Assembly (NCBI GenBank): GCA_951406725.2
Contig: OX597828.1
Span: 21,328,001-21,392,000, forward strand
Length of the DNA: 64,000 nt
From: Octopus vulgaris
Lineage: Eukaryota
Direction: 5' to 3'
Both the position numbers and the translations under genes were made by a program. Under the pieces are notes generated by a model. The model saw only the letters and a program-made list of their open reading frames with translations, searched no databases and was not told the DNA's origin. Within the stretch, counting starts at the first letter, position 1; each line of letters starts with the position of its first letter. Shown piece after piece: positions 28,385 through 42,241 of this stretch.

Positions 28385-28582
28385 TATACATATATATAAT
28401 ATATATGGTGTTCCGTTGATAAATAAAATATGTTTATCTTATTCATACATAATTAGCAAAACAGACAGGGTATTGTTGTTTGGGACAAACAAGAAAATGT
28501 ATGTAAAATATAACATGTCTTGAATGGCACAACATTGCAGAGTGGACTATAATAACTGTTATAATTTAATTATCCATAGTCT

Positions 28583-28630
28583 GATATAATAATAATATTT
28601 CAGAATATCAAAATTCCTTCTTCAGATATC
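28583..28630 (-). ncRNA. Degenerate hammerhead-like motif
   Basis: GAUAU-CUGAAGA-A-GGAA..UUCU-GAAAUAUU-(AUU)n-AUAUC. Confidence 0.35.
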
Positions 28631-29401
28631 GCTAGGAATTGATCGAGTCACTGCTATAATCGGTTTTCCAACGGTTACTGAAATTTTTTTTACCAGAAGC
28701 GTCTCAGCAGTGGTCTTACGAAGCTCCTTCCGGAATTCCTCATGAGAAGTGCGTGAGGACGGCCATGTTTCAATCTCGTGCGTATTGGCACATCCGCAGC
28801 GCGGCTTTTAAGTTATGTATTATACGTGCAGTTTCTTTTTTTTTTCTTTTCCATAGGGCTCAATTGTCTTGTTTAAGTAAAAATCTCTTTGAAAATTAAA
28901 GTGGAAGAAGATAACTATGGAGAGTTGCTTCGAAACCTTTAGCTTCTGTATCCAGATTATAAATTCACATTTATACCAAAAATAATTAGTGCTCATAGTT
29001 TTGCGAATGACAACTTGTGACAACTTGGATATGGTAAAGTGACAACTCGGATAAGGTAACGTTTTTAAAAAATCAATCAAATCGCATAATTTACTGATAC
29101 AATCTATAAGAGGGATAATAAAACTATGCAAGACTTTTCTCAAGTTTAAAATGTGACACTATTTTTATTATCTACATTCCAACGATGGAACATTGCATTT
29201 TCGTTAGAAACCATCTCCTTCTTTAGAGGAAGAATTAAAATAATCAAAAATAGAATATACATGCATTACATAGACATACATACACACATACATACATACA
29301 TACATACATACATGCAAGCATGCCCATATATGTGTAAGAAGAGCGTTGTAGTTCACTTGAAGCATTTTGATTCAGAGGTAAGATAACAAGCAATGACGAA
29401 A

Positions 29402-29520
29402 GAGAGCTTCTAATATTGAGATCTTCTAATACTGAGAGCTTCTAATACTGAGAGCTTTTAATATTGAGGGCTTCTAATACTGAGAGCTTCTAATACTGAG
29501 AGCTTCTAATACTGAGAGCT
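29402..29520. repeat. 16-bp minisatellite, about 7.5 units
   Basis: GAGAGCTTCTAATACT repeated. Confidence 0.95.
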
Positions 29521-29980
29521 TGTGGAAAAGTCAAGTTGAATAACCTTTCTATTTTTCTTGCATACAGACCCATCTTCAGAGGTGAACGGTTTAGAAATAT
29601 GTGTTTATGTAAATCCTGCTATGTAATTTGAAAATACATGGCAGAATTTTAGGAGAGTGGGCGATCATATCGATGCTCTGCCATTCGCTCATGAGATCGT
29701 TTAAGCGTTTAGAAGAAGGTTTAATTAAAACCTTGATTTAATTGATCTATCGTTGTAGATAGAAAGGTGGATAATTGCTAGTTATAAACACTGGCTAAAT
29801 TATAGTCGCCTGTAGTTTTCAGCTCTTAACAAATTCACCTTACATCATATAACTTGTTACAGTTAAACACAAATGTGCACGCGCACACACACACACATCA
29901 CACAAACACACACATACACACATATGCAAAACGCACATCTACAACGCACATATATACGCAAAAACTCCTGTCTATCCCTG

Positions 29981-30070
<90 letters not shown>

Positions 30071-30613
30071 AGTCTGTTTGTCTGTTTGAGCACATACACA
30101 TGCACATTCATATATATATATATATATATCATAAAAATAATAGCGAAGGTCGTATGATAATTAGCGGAGAAGGCAGACAAATAAAAACTCACTTCATCAG
30201 CCAACTTTAATGTGGAGTCATTTCGATTTCGGCGCTTGTAAAAAGATGGTATCGTTCACACAAAGAAAAAGAGTGTATGAACAAAGATGTTTTCGACTTA
30301 TGACAAAGACAAATACGGTAAATACTCTCGTAGAACCTGAATAAGAACTATTAATACATACAATCTAAGCTGGTGAATTGAGTTGTGAGAGAGTCAGATT
30401 AACTTATATAGGTATTTGTTCCGACTTTCTACACCCTGAGTACCCCAAATCCAACATTGCTGCATTTGATTTCTGGCTTCATAAATGAATTACCACTTCG
30501 GGTTTCGGGGATTGACAAAAAATATTATAGCATCAGACGAGGTACCGTGTAGTTTTTCGTACACCCTGGTGCTCTGTGCACCATAGAGCACCATAATAAG
30601 AGAAAAATCTAAC

Positions 30614-30667
<54 letters not shown>

Positions 30668-31223
30668 AGAGACGAAGAGCGCGATTCGATTGTAATAGCT
30701 ATTTTATTGGTTGAACTATATTTCGACAGTAAGTCTGCCTTTGTCAAGTTCAAAATAAGAAGTGATGAAAACTGAAAATTATAGAAATTTAAATGTAAAG
30801 TATGAACGAGAGCAACTTGCGTCCACTCGTTCATGGAATGAAATCATCAGTCTTTAAGCTTCAATTTTATAACAGGCAAAAAGAAAAAGATTGAAATAAG
30901 ACAGAGAAAAAGACAGAAAGAAACGAAAAAAGATAAAGAATAAGAATATTTAATGAAACAGCTTTGTATAAATTTGATGATATTTGTATAAATTTTGTAT
31001 AAATTTGTATAACTTTGTGTAAATTTTATTCAATGATGTTAATAACCTTCAAATATATTTCTCCTCATGCATTTTAAATTATTGACCTCTATTTCTGACT
31101 CCAAGAAAATGAACATTGGAGTATCTGCACGCTATTCCTTGAAAAACAGCTGCAGGAAAGGTAAGCCCTGTTCATTGTGCAACAACATGAGTCAAGTGAA
31201 TTCCGTCGGGAATCATACCGTTT

Positions 31224-31312
<89 letters not shown>

Positions 31313-33728
31313 GCATCCGACGTTTTGGCGGCGAGGTTGGCCCTCGACCAACACTTCAACGCCAAACACGAAGGATGTGCTGTCAGAGCTAGGATGCGTG
31401 CTCTAAGGAACGAAGGTGTTGGAGCCGCGAGAGAGGCCCGGGTGGCAGAGGCGCAACAGGGCAACAAAGCCACCATTCGGTCACTGGTAGATGAACAGGG
31501 ACGCGAATTGCTCGAGCCAAGTAAAATGTGTGAGGCCTTTCAGCAGTATTTTGCCCGACTGTTCGGGACGAGTGGAGGGCAAGAACGTAGGGTAGACTTC
31601 AGTGCCTACCTACATAGCCTACCACGACTCTCGACTAGAAAGGCAGGGTGCTGCGAAGGTGCCATCACAGCGGCGGAAGTGCAGGACGCGATGGCAGAAT
31701 GCTCGAGGGACAAATCACCGGGTTTGGATGGTCTACCCTACGAGCTTTACAATTGTATGCCAGACTTGTTTGGAGATCTCTTGGCGGCGGTGTACTGCAA
31801 CTGGCAGCAAAACGGGAGCATTCCTGGTTTTGTGAGCCGAGGAGCCGTAACACTGCTGAAGAAAGATCTAAACTAGGGAAATGTAATAGATAACTTTAGG
31901 CCCATCACTCTGCTTAATGCAGACTTGAAAATTTTGGCCAAGGTGCTAGCCAAGAGGTTGGCGCCTGTCATCGAGAAACTGGTCGACAAGGCGCAAACAT
32001 GCGCCGTGCCAGGCCGGACCATCCATGACAACCTCCACCTGATGCGCTACATCATAGACAGGGTAGTTAACGAACCTGGCATGGGTGGGGCGCTGATCAA
32101 TTTGGATCAATCGAAAGCTTTCGATAGGGTAGACCATCGATACTTGGAGGCGGTCCTCAGAGCGGCTGGCTTCGGTCCCGTCTTCCGCGGCTGGATAGCC
32201 GCTTTGTACAGAGGCATCCGTTCGGTAATTCGCGTGAATGGACATCTATCGAGACCCTTCGACATCGCACGTTCGGTCCGTCAGGGATGCCCCCTCTCGT
32301 CGCTTCTATACGTATTGACTCTCGAGCCATTATTGCGGAAGCTGGCAACTTTGAGGGGCATCCCGCGAGAACTGGGATGCGGGACGAGCGTGTCTGCATA
32401 CGCGGACGACGTCACCGTCATAGTGTCTAGCCACGAGCACATCGAGCAGGTCGGCGAGACACTGAAAAACTGCGAAACGGTGACAGGAGCGAAAATCAAC
32501 CGGGAAAAGTCAGTGGGCTTGCGACTAGGCACCTGGAGAAGCAAGCCCATGCCGTCCACCAGCGCCTCCGTCGTGGGACGCTGGACCGACGCCCGGTTGA
32601 GTTGCTCGGGGTCTGGTTTGGTCCGGACCTCCAAGTGGAGAAGAACTGGAACGAGAGATAACGAGTAGGGTGGTCACTCTCGCCCGGCAATGGGCCGAGA
32701 GGAAACTGTCCCTAAAAGGTCGGGCGGAGGTGGCGAACACGTACATCGCGTCCGTCATCTACTACCGCCTGACCGTCGTACCTTGTCCCGACCCTACCAT
32801 CACCAAACTACAACGCATTCTCTTTCGCTTCTTGTGGAAAGGATGCGTCCCGATGGTCAGGCGATCCATTTGCTGTCAACACCCGTTAAAAGGAGGACTG
32901 GGCATGCCGTGGTTGATGATGCGCAGACACGCGCTGAGACTGCGACATCTCTGGCTCTATGTAGACGACGGTGAACAGGTGTGGTCGCCGTTTGTGAGGC
33001 ACGCTTTCCCGCAGCTCGTCTCCATGACCGAACTGCAGTCGTGGATCAAAAAGAGGCCGAGGAAGGGCGAATGGCACCGCGAGTGTCGCGTTGCTCTCAA
33101 GCAACTCTGCCGTCCTGGGTCGACCTTGAGTGACTTCAACACAACCAAAGCATTCTATAGGGGATTAGTGGAGGGGAGGTACGACGACGAGCTCGGGGCG
33201 AACCTGGACGTCGACGAGGAGTACCTGACCCGCCTGTTCAGGACGACTTTCGGGCCAGGGCCCATGGACAACTTCCAGAGATCCCTGGCCTGGCAGTGTT
33301 ACCGAGAAGCGCTACCCGTTCGGGATAAGCTCTACAGACACGGCTCGAGAAACACGGGGCCGACCTGCCCGAGATGCGGTCAGAGCGACGAAACCGTTCT
33401 GCACGCACTCGTGCAGTGTCCAACAATTTCCGACCTGTGGGCTTGTGTCGAACAACTGCTGTCACGTGTGGGACGAGTCGGTTTATCAGCTGAGTCTATC
33501 GTCAATATTGTCACGCCTCCTTCCTTCAAACGGGAAGGAAGAGCTATTTTCATCATCCTTGTGGCTATGGCGAAAGAATGTATCTGGTGGACGCGTCTGA
33601 AAGGATTGGAGACAAACACTTTCCTCTCTGGTCAATCTCTCATCAACTTCTTCAAGTACCACTTGAAAAGGAAAGTGAGAGTAGAGAGGCAAGTTTTGTC
33701 TAGCGAATGTTTTAAAAAAGATGGGTGA
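31313..33728 (+). pseudogene. ORF2 remnant: reverse transcriptase plus C-terminal zinc finger (endonuclease absent)
   Basis: KSPGLDGLPYELY, NFRPITLLNAD, LDQSKAFDRVDH, VRQGCPLS, YADD, CPRCGQSDETVLHALVQC; in-frame TAG at 31874 and frameshifts near 32590 and 33720. Confidence 0.92.
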
Positions 33729-34238
33729 ATGTAGCAAGGATGGCACGTATGAATGACGAAGCCACCTTGAGCATAGTCCTATGAACCCAGAAATTGAAAA
33801 CAGAGGGTTACCCACTTGCAAACAAATGTGGTAACATATAACAATATTGACCAAGGTTACCGTGGTCTTTTTCGTAGGCTTTTCTTCCCACGAATAAACC
33901 TTACTTGCTTTCCCCTTTACACCATATATCATAACACTGTGATACACGATCCCTATTGATCGTTCCTTTTTTTTTTCCTCTTCCCCTTTTTTTCCCCTTT
34001 TTCTTCTTTTTTCATTTCTCTTTTCTTTTGTTCCTTTCCCTTTCTTTTTTTTTCTTTTAATACTTTTATTTTTTATTCTATTTTTTTATTTTTTTATTTT
34101 TTTGTTCTTTTCTTCCCTTTTACGATCCCTCTTGATCGAAAACCTACGCCACCCACTTTTTTTCATCCCCCAAAAGAAAAGCTCTACCTTGTAACTTGTC
34201 CCATCTGTGTGCAGCCCTGTGTGGCCAATAAAGAAACT
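31313..34238 (+). mobile_element. 5'-truncated Tx1/L1-clade non-LTR retrotransposon embedded in (TATC)n
   Basis: GC-rich block with (TATC)n on both sides (31225-31312 and 34239-34323); RT and CCHC motifs; T-rich 3' UTR; AATAAA at the end. Confidence 0.93.
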
Positions 34239-34243
34239 TATCC

Positions 34244-34323
<80 letters not shown>

Positions 34324-34384
34324 GCCTGTCTGTCTGTCTATTTATCTATCTATGTGTGTGTGCGTGTGTGTGTCTTGTGTCTGT

Positions 34385-34560
34385 GTTAGTCCCCCATCAC
34401 CGCTTGACAAAAGTATTGGTGTGTTTACGTCCCGTAACATAGTAGTTTGGCAAAAGAGAACGATAGAATAAATACCAAGCATAGAAAAGTAAGTTCCCGG
34501 CTCGATTTGTCCGACTAAAAAACTCATTAAAGCTGCGGTCAAATGGCTGAAACAAGTAAG
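34385..34560 (+). mobile_element. SINE family 3, 3' half
   Basis: CGCTTGACAA..GGTGTGTTTACGTCCCGTAAC..GGCAAAAGAGAACGATAGAATAA. Confidence 0.75.
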
Positions 34561-34565
34561 GACGC

Positions 34566-34638
34566 TGGTTGCATCTCGGCGACTGATTGTAACAAACATG
34601 CAGATAAAAACTAAATAATAATAATAATAATGATGATG

Positions 34639-34715
<77 letters not shown>

Positions 34716-34971
34716 CACATCTAGATAATATCCCAGGAGAACCATGTCTCAGAGAAAATCAAAAGAGTGTGCTGACAAATACTGCCCACACCCTTAGAAA
34801 AGCCCTATCAATTTAAATGTGTCATATTGCATGAGTATATTTCGCTACTGTTCCTGTCACTTACCATCCCCAAACTTTCGGTCATACTGTAACACATCTT
34901 ATCCTTCACTAGCCCTAGGACACTGAGTGTGTCTCTGCGAGTGATTGTAACAAACATGCAGATTATAAGTA
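34566..34971 (+). mobile_element. R4/Dong-type retrotransposon family A: 3' stub (34566-34613) and 3' fragment (34715-34971) separated by (TAA)n
   Basis: HLDNIPGEPCLRENQKSVLTNTAHTLRKALSI-stop; both end TGATTGTAACAAACATGCAGAT..TAAA(TAA)n. Confidence 0.8.
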
Positions 34972-34986
34972 AATAATAATAATAAT

Positions 34987-35720
34987 GAAACCATTGATCA
35001 TGTTGTCTCCATGTACAGTCCTCTTGCGGTTACAGAGTATCTCACCAGGCATGATTGAGCAGCACAATATATTCACTAGGGTAATTTGCAAAAACCTGGA
35101 CCTGCCCCATGATAAAAACTGGTGGGAACACAAACCACCTCCCATGCTTGAAAATGATCACATCTCACTCCTCTGGAACTTCACTATTCAAACTGACAGA
35201 AAAATAGACGCGAATAGGCCAGGCATTATATTGAAGGACTCCAGACAAAAGTCATGCCTCCTTATTGATATGACTGTCTCAATTGACATGAATGTATCTG
35301 TCAAGTCCTACAAAAAACTGAGCAAGTATAAAGATCATGAAATAGAAATTGGCAAACTGTGGAACTTCACGACTAAAACAATACTTGTTGTCATTGGTGC
35401 CCTGGGAATGATAGCAAAAAGGACTGATTCCTATCTAACTCAGATACCAGGAAGCTCCAAAATGGCAGAAATTCAAAAGATAGTGCTCATGGTAACTGCT
35501 CATATCCTACGTAAAATACTGTCTATGTAATTTCATATTTTAAAAATAAATTCATAATTTTCTTATGTTTTCTTAAACATCCTCTAGAACAATACGCTAT
35601 GCAAAACCAAATATATGACGCCCTAGGCATAACGCCACCATGAACTTCTAACTTGTCTCTTGAGGTCTCCGGGTGAGACTTGGAGTCACCTTATACAAAT
35701 ACAAAGCAAAAGTCAAACAT
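34987..35720 (+). mobile_element. R4/Dong-type retrotransposon family B, 3' fragment with restriction-like endonuclease domain
   Basis: ETIDHVV..LLWNFTIQTDRKIDANRPGII..CLLIDMTV..KLSKYKD..VVIGALG..TAHILRKILSM; flanked by (TAA)n. Confidence 0.9.
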
Positions 35721-35729
35721 ATAATATTA

Positions 35730-35764
<35 letters not shown>

Positions 35765-35789
35765 AATAATAATAATAATAATAATAATG

Positions 35790-35824
<35 letters not shown>

Positions 35825-35837
35825 TATGATGATGATG

Positions 35838-35899
<62 letters not shown>

Positions 35900-36363
35900 C
35901 TGTTCTGTTTTAGTTACATACCCTGAAATATCGAGGGGAATGTTTAGTCGATTACATCGATTCCGGTGTCCAACTGGTACTTATTTTATCGATACCCAAA
36001 AGATGAAAGGCAAAGTTGATTCGCGGCAGAATTTGAACTCAGAGCGTAAAGAGCAAGAGAATAAAAAACCGCTTAGCCTTTTGTGTACACGTGTGTGTCT
36101 ATATTTGTGTATGCACAAGTATTCTCTCTATATAAAAGACTTCGTAAAGCTCAAGAGATTTGAACGTGATCAGGTAGAGGAGTAAATGTAAAGACAAAGC
36201 AATTTAGACAAGGTGAGTTACAAAAAGATATTAATACAAAGAATTTACATTTGTATACATAACAAAAAGTCCGACTTACACTAAATAGAAACGAGTCCAT
36301 CTTTAAACTCCGTTCTGTCAACACGTCAAATCTTAAAATTCTTTCCTGAAGACGGAGGCTGGT

Positions 36364-36434
36364 GTTATCTGATGATGGAATCAAGTTACAATCAATATTT
36401 TGGACCTCCAAGGCCCCAGAAACAGCTGTTTGAC
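36364..36434 (+). ncRNA. Minimal type-I hammerhead-like motif with canonical core
   Basis: CUGAUGA(36369)-UGG..CCA-GAAAC-AGCU-GUU; palindromic stem III ACAGCUGU; imperfect stem I GUUA/UGAC. Confidence 0.55.
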
Positions 36435-36653
36435 TCGTAAAACTCTTACTCTACCTATTTAATTCCTGATATCATTTCTATTCTGTGTAAGTTATATGTA
36501 TACATATGTACATTTTTTTGTATTACATGTATTTAATATATCTTGTTTATCGATTTGCTTAACAATATGCTTGTCCTTACTTTTACACACACACATATAT
36601 ATACATACACATACATACATGTACATACATATACACATATATATACACATATA

Positions 36654-36694
<41 letters not shown>

Positions 36695-36747
36695 TGAATG
36701 TGGGTGTGCTTGTTCCAATTCGGATATTTTAAACGCTCACAAACACA

Positions 36748-36785
<38 letters not shown>

Positions 36786-37071
36786 TGTGCATGTAAACAC
36801 ACACACTGAGGACGCTCACACACGCATACATATATCTATACATACCTATACACAGACACATATGGAACCATATTGTTGAAATCTAATATTGAACAAGCAG
36901 TGATCGATATATCAATATTTCGATCTTAAATTATTTGTTACAAATGAATTGTTTATATTAGAAATATTCTTACCAATTTATAATTCATTCACGAATTGAA
37001 ACCTACAGCTGTATTCATACATGTAGACAGATATATGTTTAACATATGCATACGTACAACCACCCACACAT

Positions 37072-37136
<65 letters not shown>

Positions 37137-37139
<3 letters not shown>

Positions 37140-37430
37140 GAGGCGCAATGGCCCAGTGGTTAGGGCAGCGGACTCGCGGTCGGAGGATCACGGTTTCGAT
37201 TCCCAGACCGGGCGTTGTGTTCGTTTATTGAACGAAAACACCTAAAAGCTCCAGGAGGCACCGGCAGAGGGTTGTGGCTACCCCTGTTGTACTCTTTCGC
37301 CACAACTTTCTCTCACTCTCTCTTCCTGTTTCTTGAGTAACGCTACAATAGACTGGCGTCCCGTCCAGGTGGGTGGAACACATACGCCACAGAAACCGGG
37401 AAACCAGGCCCATGAGCCTGACTAGGCGAC
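37137..37430 (+). mobile_element. SINE family 2 head and body with an alternative 3' tail
   Basis: Matches 42242-42435, then diverges into GACTGGCGTCCCGTCCAGG..AGAAACCGGGAAACC. Confidence 0.85.
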
Positions 37431-37477
<47 letters not shown>

Positions 37478-37497
37478 GAATTGTTTATATTAGAATT

Positions 37498-37552
<55 letters not shown>

Positions 37553-37764
37553 CATATATGTATACGTATGTACATATATATGCGTGTGTGTTTGTACGTG
37601 TAGAGACATATGCATATACAGATACGTGCACAAACACATCCATACATAACTACTCGCATGAATGCACATACACACACACATACTGTTAGGCTTATAAGTA
37701 GACAGTCAATTACTAAATTATTTTATCATTATTACTTCCGCAAGTTTTGGTGGCTGGTATCGCG

Positions 37765-37800
37765 CCGCTGATGAAGACCAATAAGACTGGAACATGTCCT
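37765..37800 (+). ncRNA. Degenerate hammerhead-like motif
   Basis: CUGAUGA-AGAC-CAAUAA-GACU-GGAAC-AU-GUC; A13 mutated and stem I poor. Confidence 0.35.
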
Positions 37801-37943
37801 ACTTGTTGGAGGAACCGTCAGATAGGCATTAAAGCGCCTACAAACAGTATTTTAGCAATAAATTTTTTGATTCTATCGAGTCCTTTTTTTAGTAAATATT
37901 CCGTTTGTACTTATTCTTGAACTTGGTTTAAAATAATATCAAT

Positions 37944-38034
<91 letters not shown>

Positions 38035-38094
38035 GGTTTCCTGTATTTCGTTCTTTCTATCTAAGAATGGCTGTGTGGTTAAGAAGTTCATTCA

Positions 38095-38670
38095 GATAGG
38101 CACCCTTGCTAGCTATGCAGATGATACAAAAGTCCCTCAGAGGATACAGAACTTTGGAGATGTTGCGTATCTGCAATGGGAGTTGGACGCAATATACAGG
38201 TGAGCTGAGAACAATAACATGCAGTTTAATGCTGGAGAATCCGACCCCTACGCTACCAACACAGGAAGTTGAATGAAAAACAGATGAGGATACACTGACC
38301 CAGGATGGATTTCAACCTGAGCACCGATACGAGTTATGACGCCTCTTTCCAAATGCATATCACTAAGTTGGTAATAAGATTCATACAGTTGGCTAGATGG
38401 ATTCTTAAAACCTTCAGAACGAGAGAACAGGAAACCAAGATGGTCCTCTGGAGAACATTTGTCCTCAGCCGTTTGGATTACTGCAACCAAATGTGGTCAC
38501 TAAACTGTAAAATTAACCACGGAACTCTAAGACGATCCAGCGAAGCTACACAAAGAAGCTCGTCTCAGTGTGACATGCCAGCTACTGGGAGAGATCGAAA
38601 CGGTTAAAACTCTACTCCCTAGAACGAAAGCAGGAAACATAAGCAGTGATATACACCTTGAACATTCTAG
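38095..38670 (+). pseudogene. CR1-group LINE reverse transcriptase fragment
   Basis: LASYADDTKV..LQWELDAIYR*AENNNMQFN..WILKTFRTRE..LWRTFVLSRLDYCNQMWS. Confidence 0.85.
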
Positions 38671-38677
38671 AATATTC

Positions 38678-39028
38678 TATTGGGTTGGGGTATAATTATT
38701 GCGGATTTTTGTTAGTATTCAGTGGCACCCCATTCTGCAGTTTGTGTAAATTTCCCTGTCAAAACTTGGTAAAAGTTTATCTAGAATGTTTTTCTTCTGA
38801 GTTGGTGCATAATTATTGCGGCTCTTTTTCAATAAATTTATTATTCAACAAAAACAATAACATTTAATAAAAACATCTTTAAATGACGGTCTGACCGTCT
38901 GTCAAGCAAATTGAAGTAGATGGTGAATATGCACCGGAATTAATCATTTAAAGATGTTTTTGTTATGTGTTAATGTTTTTGTTGAATAAAATTTATTGAA
39001 AAAACAGCCGCAATAATTATGCACTGAC

Positions 39029-39033
<5 letters not shown>
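38678..39033. mobile_element. Mariner-type MITE with three TIR copies
   Basis: TATTGGGTTGGGGTATAATTATTGCGG (38678), GTTGGTGCATAATTATTGCGG (38801) and inverted CCGCAATAATTATGCACTGACCCAATA (39033); inner arms about 85 bp. Confidence 0.8.
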
Positions 39034-39121
<88 letters not shown>

Positions 39122-39370
39122 ACATATACATATATTATAAGAACGATAACAACCATGTTAGAATTTCGCCGCAGGCGTCTGTTTTTGCAACAAACCGTTT
39201 CAAAAGACTCTTCTGCCTAAACTTCGAAGTAACTGCCAACAATCTTATATAAATAGCATATTCTACGCCTTATATTTAGTCCATTGTTCCGTTAATGTTT
39301 GTCGCTTCCTTACATTTCAGAACTCTTATTAATTACACCCACCCACACAGTCATAGATACGGTCACATAC

Positions 39371-39425
<55 letters not shown>

Positions 39426-39789
39426 TATGTATGTATGTATATATATATGTAAGTACGTATATGTATATATATATATCTCATATATATTTATATATATATG
39501 TATATACAAGTATGTATATATGTATATGTATGTGTATGTATGTATGTATGTATGCATGGCAACATAAGTGTCTGAGCAGATAGTTTACGTTAACTATAAG
39601 AAAATAATAAAGCTGTAAAAGAAGCCGCCGATGAGTTACTGGAGATGAATGGCGCGGATAATTTAACACTAGATGACTATACTTAGCATCTACCTTTGAT
39701 TTAATGGACTGACAATAATGGCGAGTGACACCATCTTTATATGAACATACTTGTGTATGATGAGAGTGAGGAGGTGTATGTGTATGTAC

Positions 39790-39907
<118 letters not shown>

Positions 39908-39951
39908 GCGTATAAATCACTATATAATTATATTCATATGTATATGTATGC

Positions 39952-39998
<47 letters not shown>

Positions 39999-40016
39999 AA
40001 TATATACATATACATG

Positions 40017-40056
<40 letters not shown>

Positions 40057-40368
40057 GGAATGCATATGTATGAATATATCATTAAATAAATATATATTTG
40101 CATATATGTATATATATACATTATATATGCACACACACACACATATATATATATATATGTTTATGCATACTTATACACAATTAGAAAAGCTAAATAGTTG
40201 TAAGTATATATCTATGTGTACACACAGACACACAAACACACACACATATGTGTGTATAGATACGCATATACAAATATATACACACATGCACTCGTGTATA
40301 TAAATGTATTTTCATAGTTAAGTATATATCCTTATACGCGATTATATATGCATAAAACTATATAAACA

Positions 40369-40420
<52 letters not shown>

Positions 40421-40488
40421 ATAAAAGTATCTATATATGTATCTATATATCTATATGTACATATATGTATATATATATATTTACCACT

Positions 40489-40541
<53 letters not shown>

Positions 40542-40839
40542 TGTATGTACACTTATACACAGACACATATGTATTCTTGCTTACACATATACTGGTGTCT
40601 ACATATCTATCCTACATGGCATGCTCAATATCCTCGTAATTTCACATACGCATGGAGATCTGCCTCGGTTTGCAGCGAAGGGAGAAAATACACGAAAGAC
40701 AATAACGTACAAAGAAAAACGCCCAGTACAAAAGCAACAACAGAAAGTAAAAAAAAAAAACAACAATAATAACAACAAAAACTATAATAACAACAAAAAC
40801 TGTAATAGCTACTACTACTACTACTACCACCACCGTCAT

Positions 40840-40959
<120 letters not shown>

Positions 40960-41172
40960 AGAAGCAAATATAAGATCTAAAGACAGCCATTTAATGTCGT
41001 TATATGGTGATAACATGCAACGTCGTAAGACAGAAATCGCCATATATATATATATACATACACACACACACATATATATATATATAAATGCATACACATG
41101 CACACATACACACATATATGTTATATGTGTGTGTATATATATGCATGTAGATATATGTATATATTATATATA

Positions 41173-41218
<46 letters not shown>

Positions 41219-42241
41219 TATATATATATATATGTAGATGAGTTTGCCGAGGATGTATATTAGCTCTCTCATTTAGGCAATGCTGGAATGTTGTGTGTTT
41301 AGATATTAAAGAATATTCTTGAGGAAATTTGTTCTGATACGACAAATTTGTAATTTGCCAACAGACATCAAGCGTAGCATCGTTAAACTTCAAACAATGT
41401 AGTGATAGAGATAAACCACATACGCACACACGTACACACGTACACACGTACATACACACACACACAAACACCCACACACACACAAACACGCGCACACACA
41501 CACAAACATCACACATATACACACATAATACACACGCATACACACATGCACACACAAACGCACTGACGTATATATACATATATATACAAATGCATGATGT
41601 ACGTTTATATGTACATATAATGAACACAAGTTATAGGTGTTTACATGGAACAACATGAGTTTGCAACTCAATGTATATAATACGAGTATACATGCATACA
41701 TATATACGTATTTAAATATATATATCCACAAATATATTATATATATATATGCATGCACGTATGTATATACGTAGGTACCTTCATATGTATGTACGCATAT
41801 ATGTATGTATTTATGCATGTATAATGATATCACCTGTTAGTGATTGTGCTTCGTAATTTCAAATTTTGTGTTTAGTTCAAGTAGCATAATCACCAGACAA
41901 CAGTCGCTAGACTAGTTTCTTAACAGCATAAGACATATATTACTTGATAAAATGTAACGTTTTTAGTATTGAATTCTGGGCAAAATAAAAGTAAAATGCA
42001 AGAGTTAAATATTTCACTTTGATTCTTAGAAACGGTGCACGTGAATTTTTTGAATAAGTATATCAAATATATATATGAATGAAGGTAAATAAGAGAATAA
42101 CTTACAAGGATCTTCGCATTCATTCTGAGTTGCACGCTCTTTCAAAATCCAGAATATCTGGATAGTCTGTTTTCGTATATTTCTGAATGAAGTACCAACA
42201 CGGCAGCTCTGCTTCTCTGCCGCCGCCGCCCCCTTCCTCAA

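Noticed and set aside
31067-31312. N-terminal extension of the 269-aa LINE ORF
   Set aside because: Chance read-through of flank and (TATC)n into the truncated element; not an endonuclease domain.
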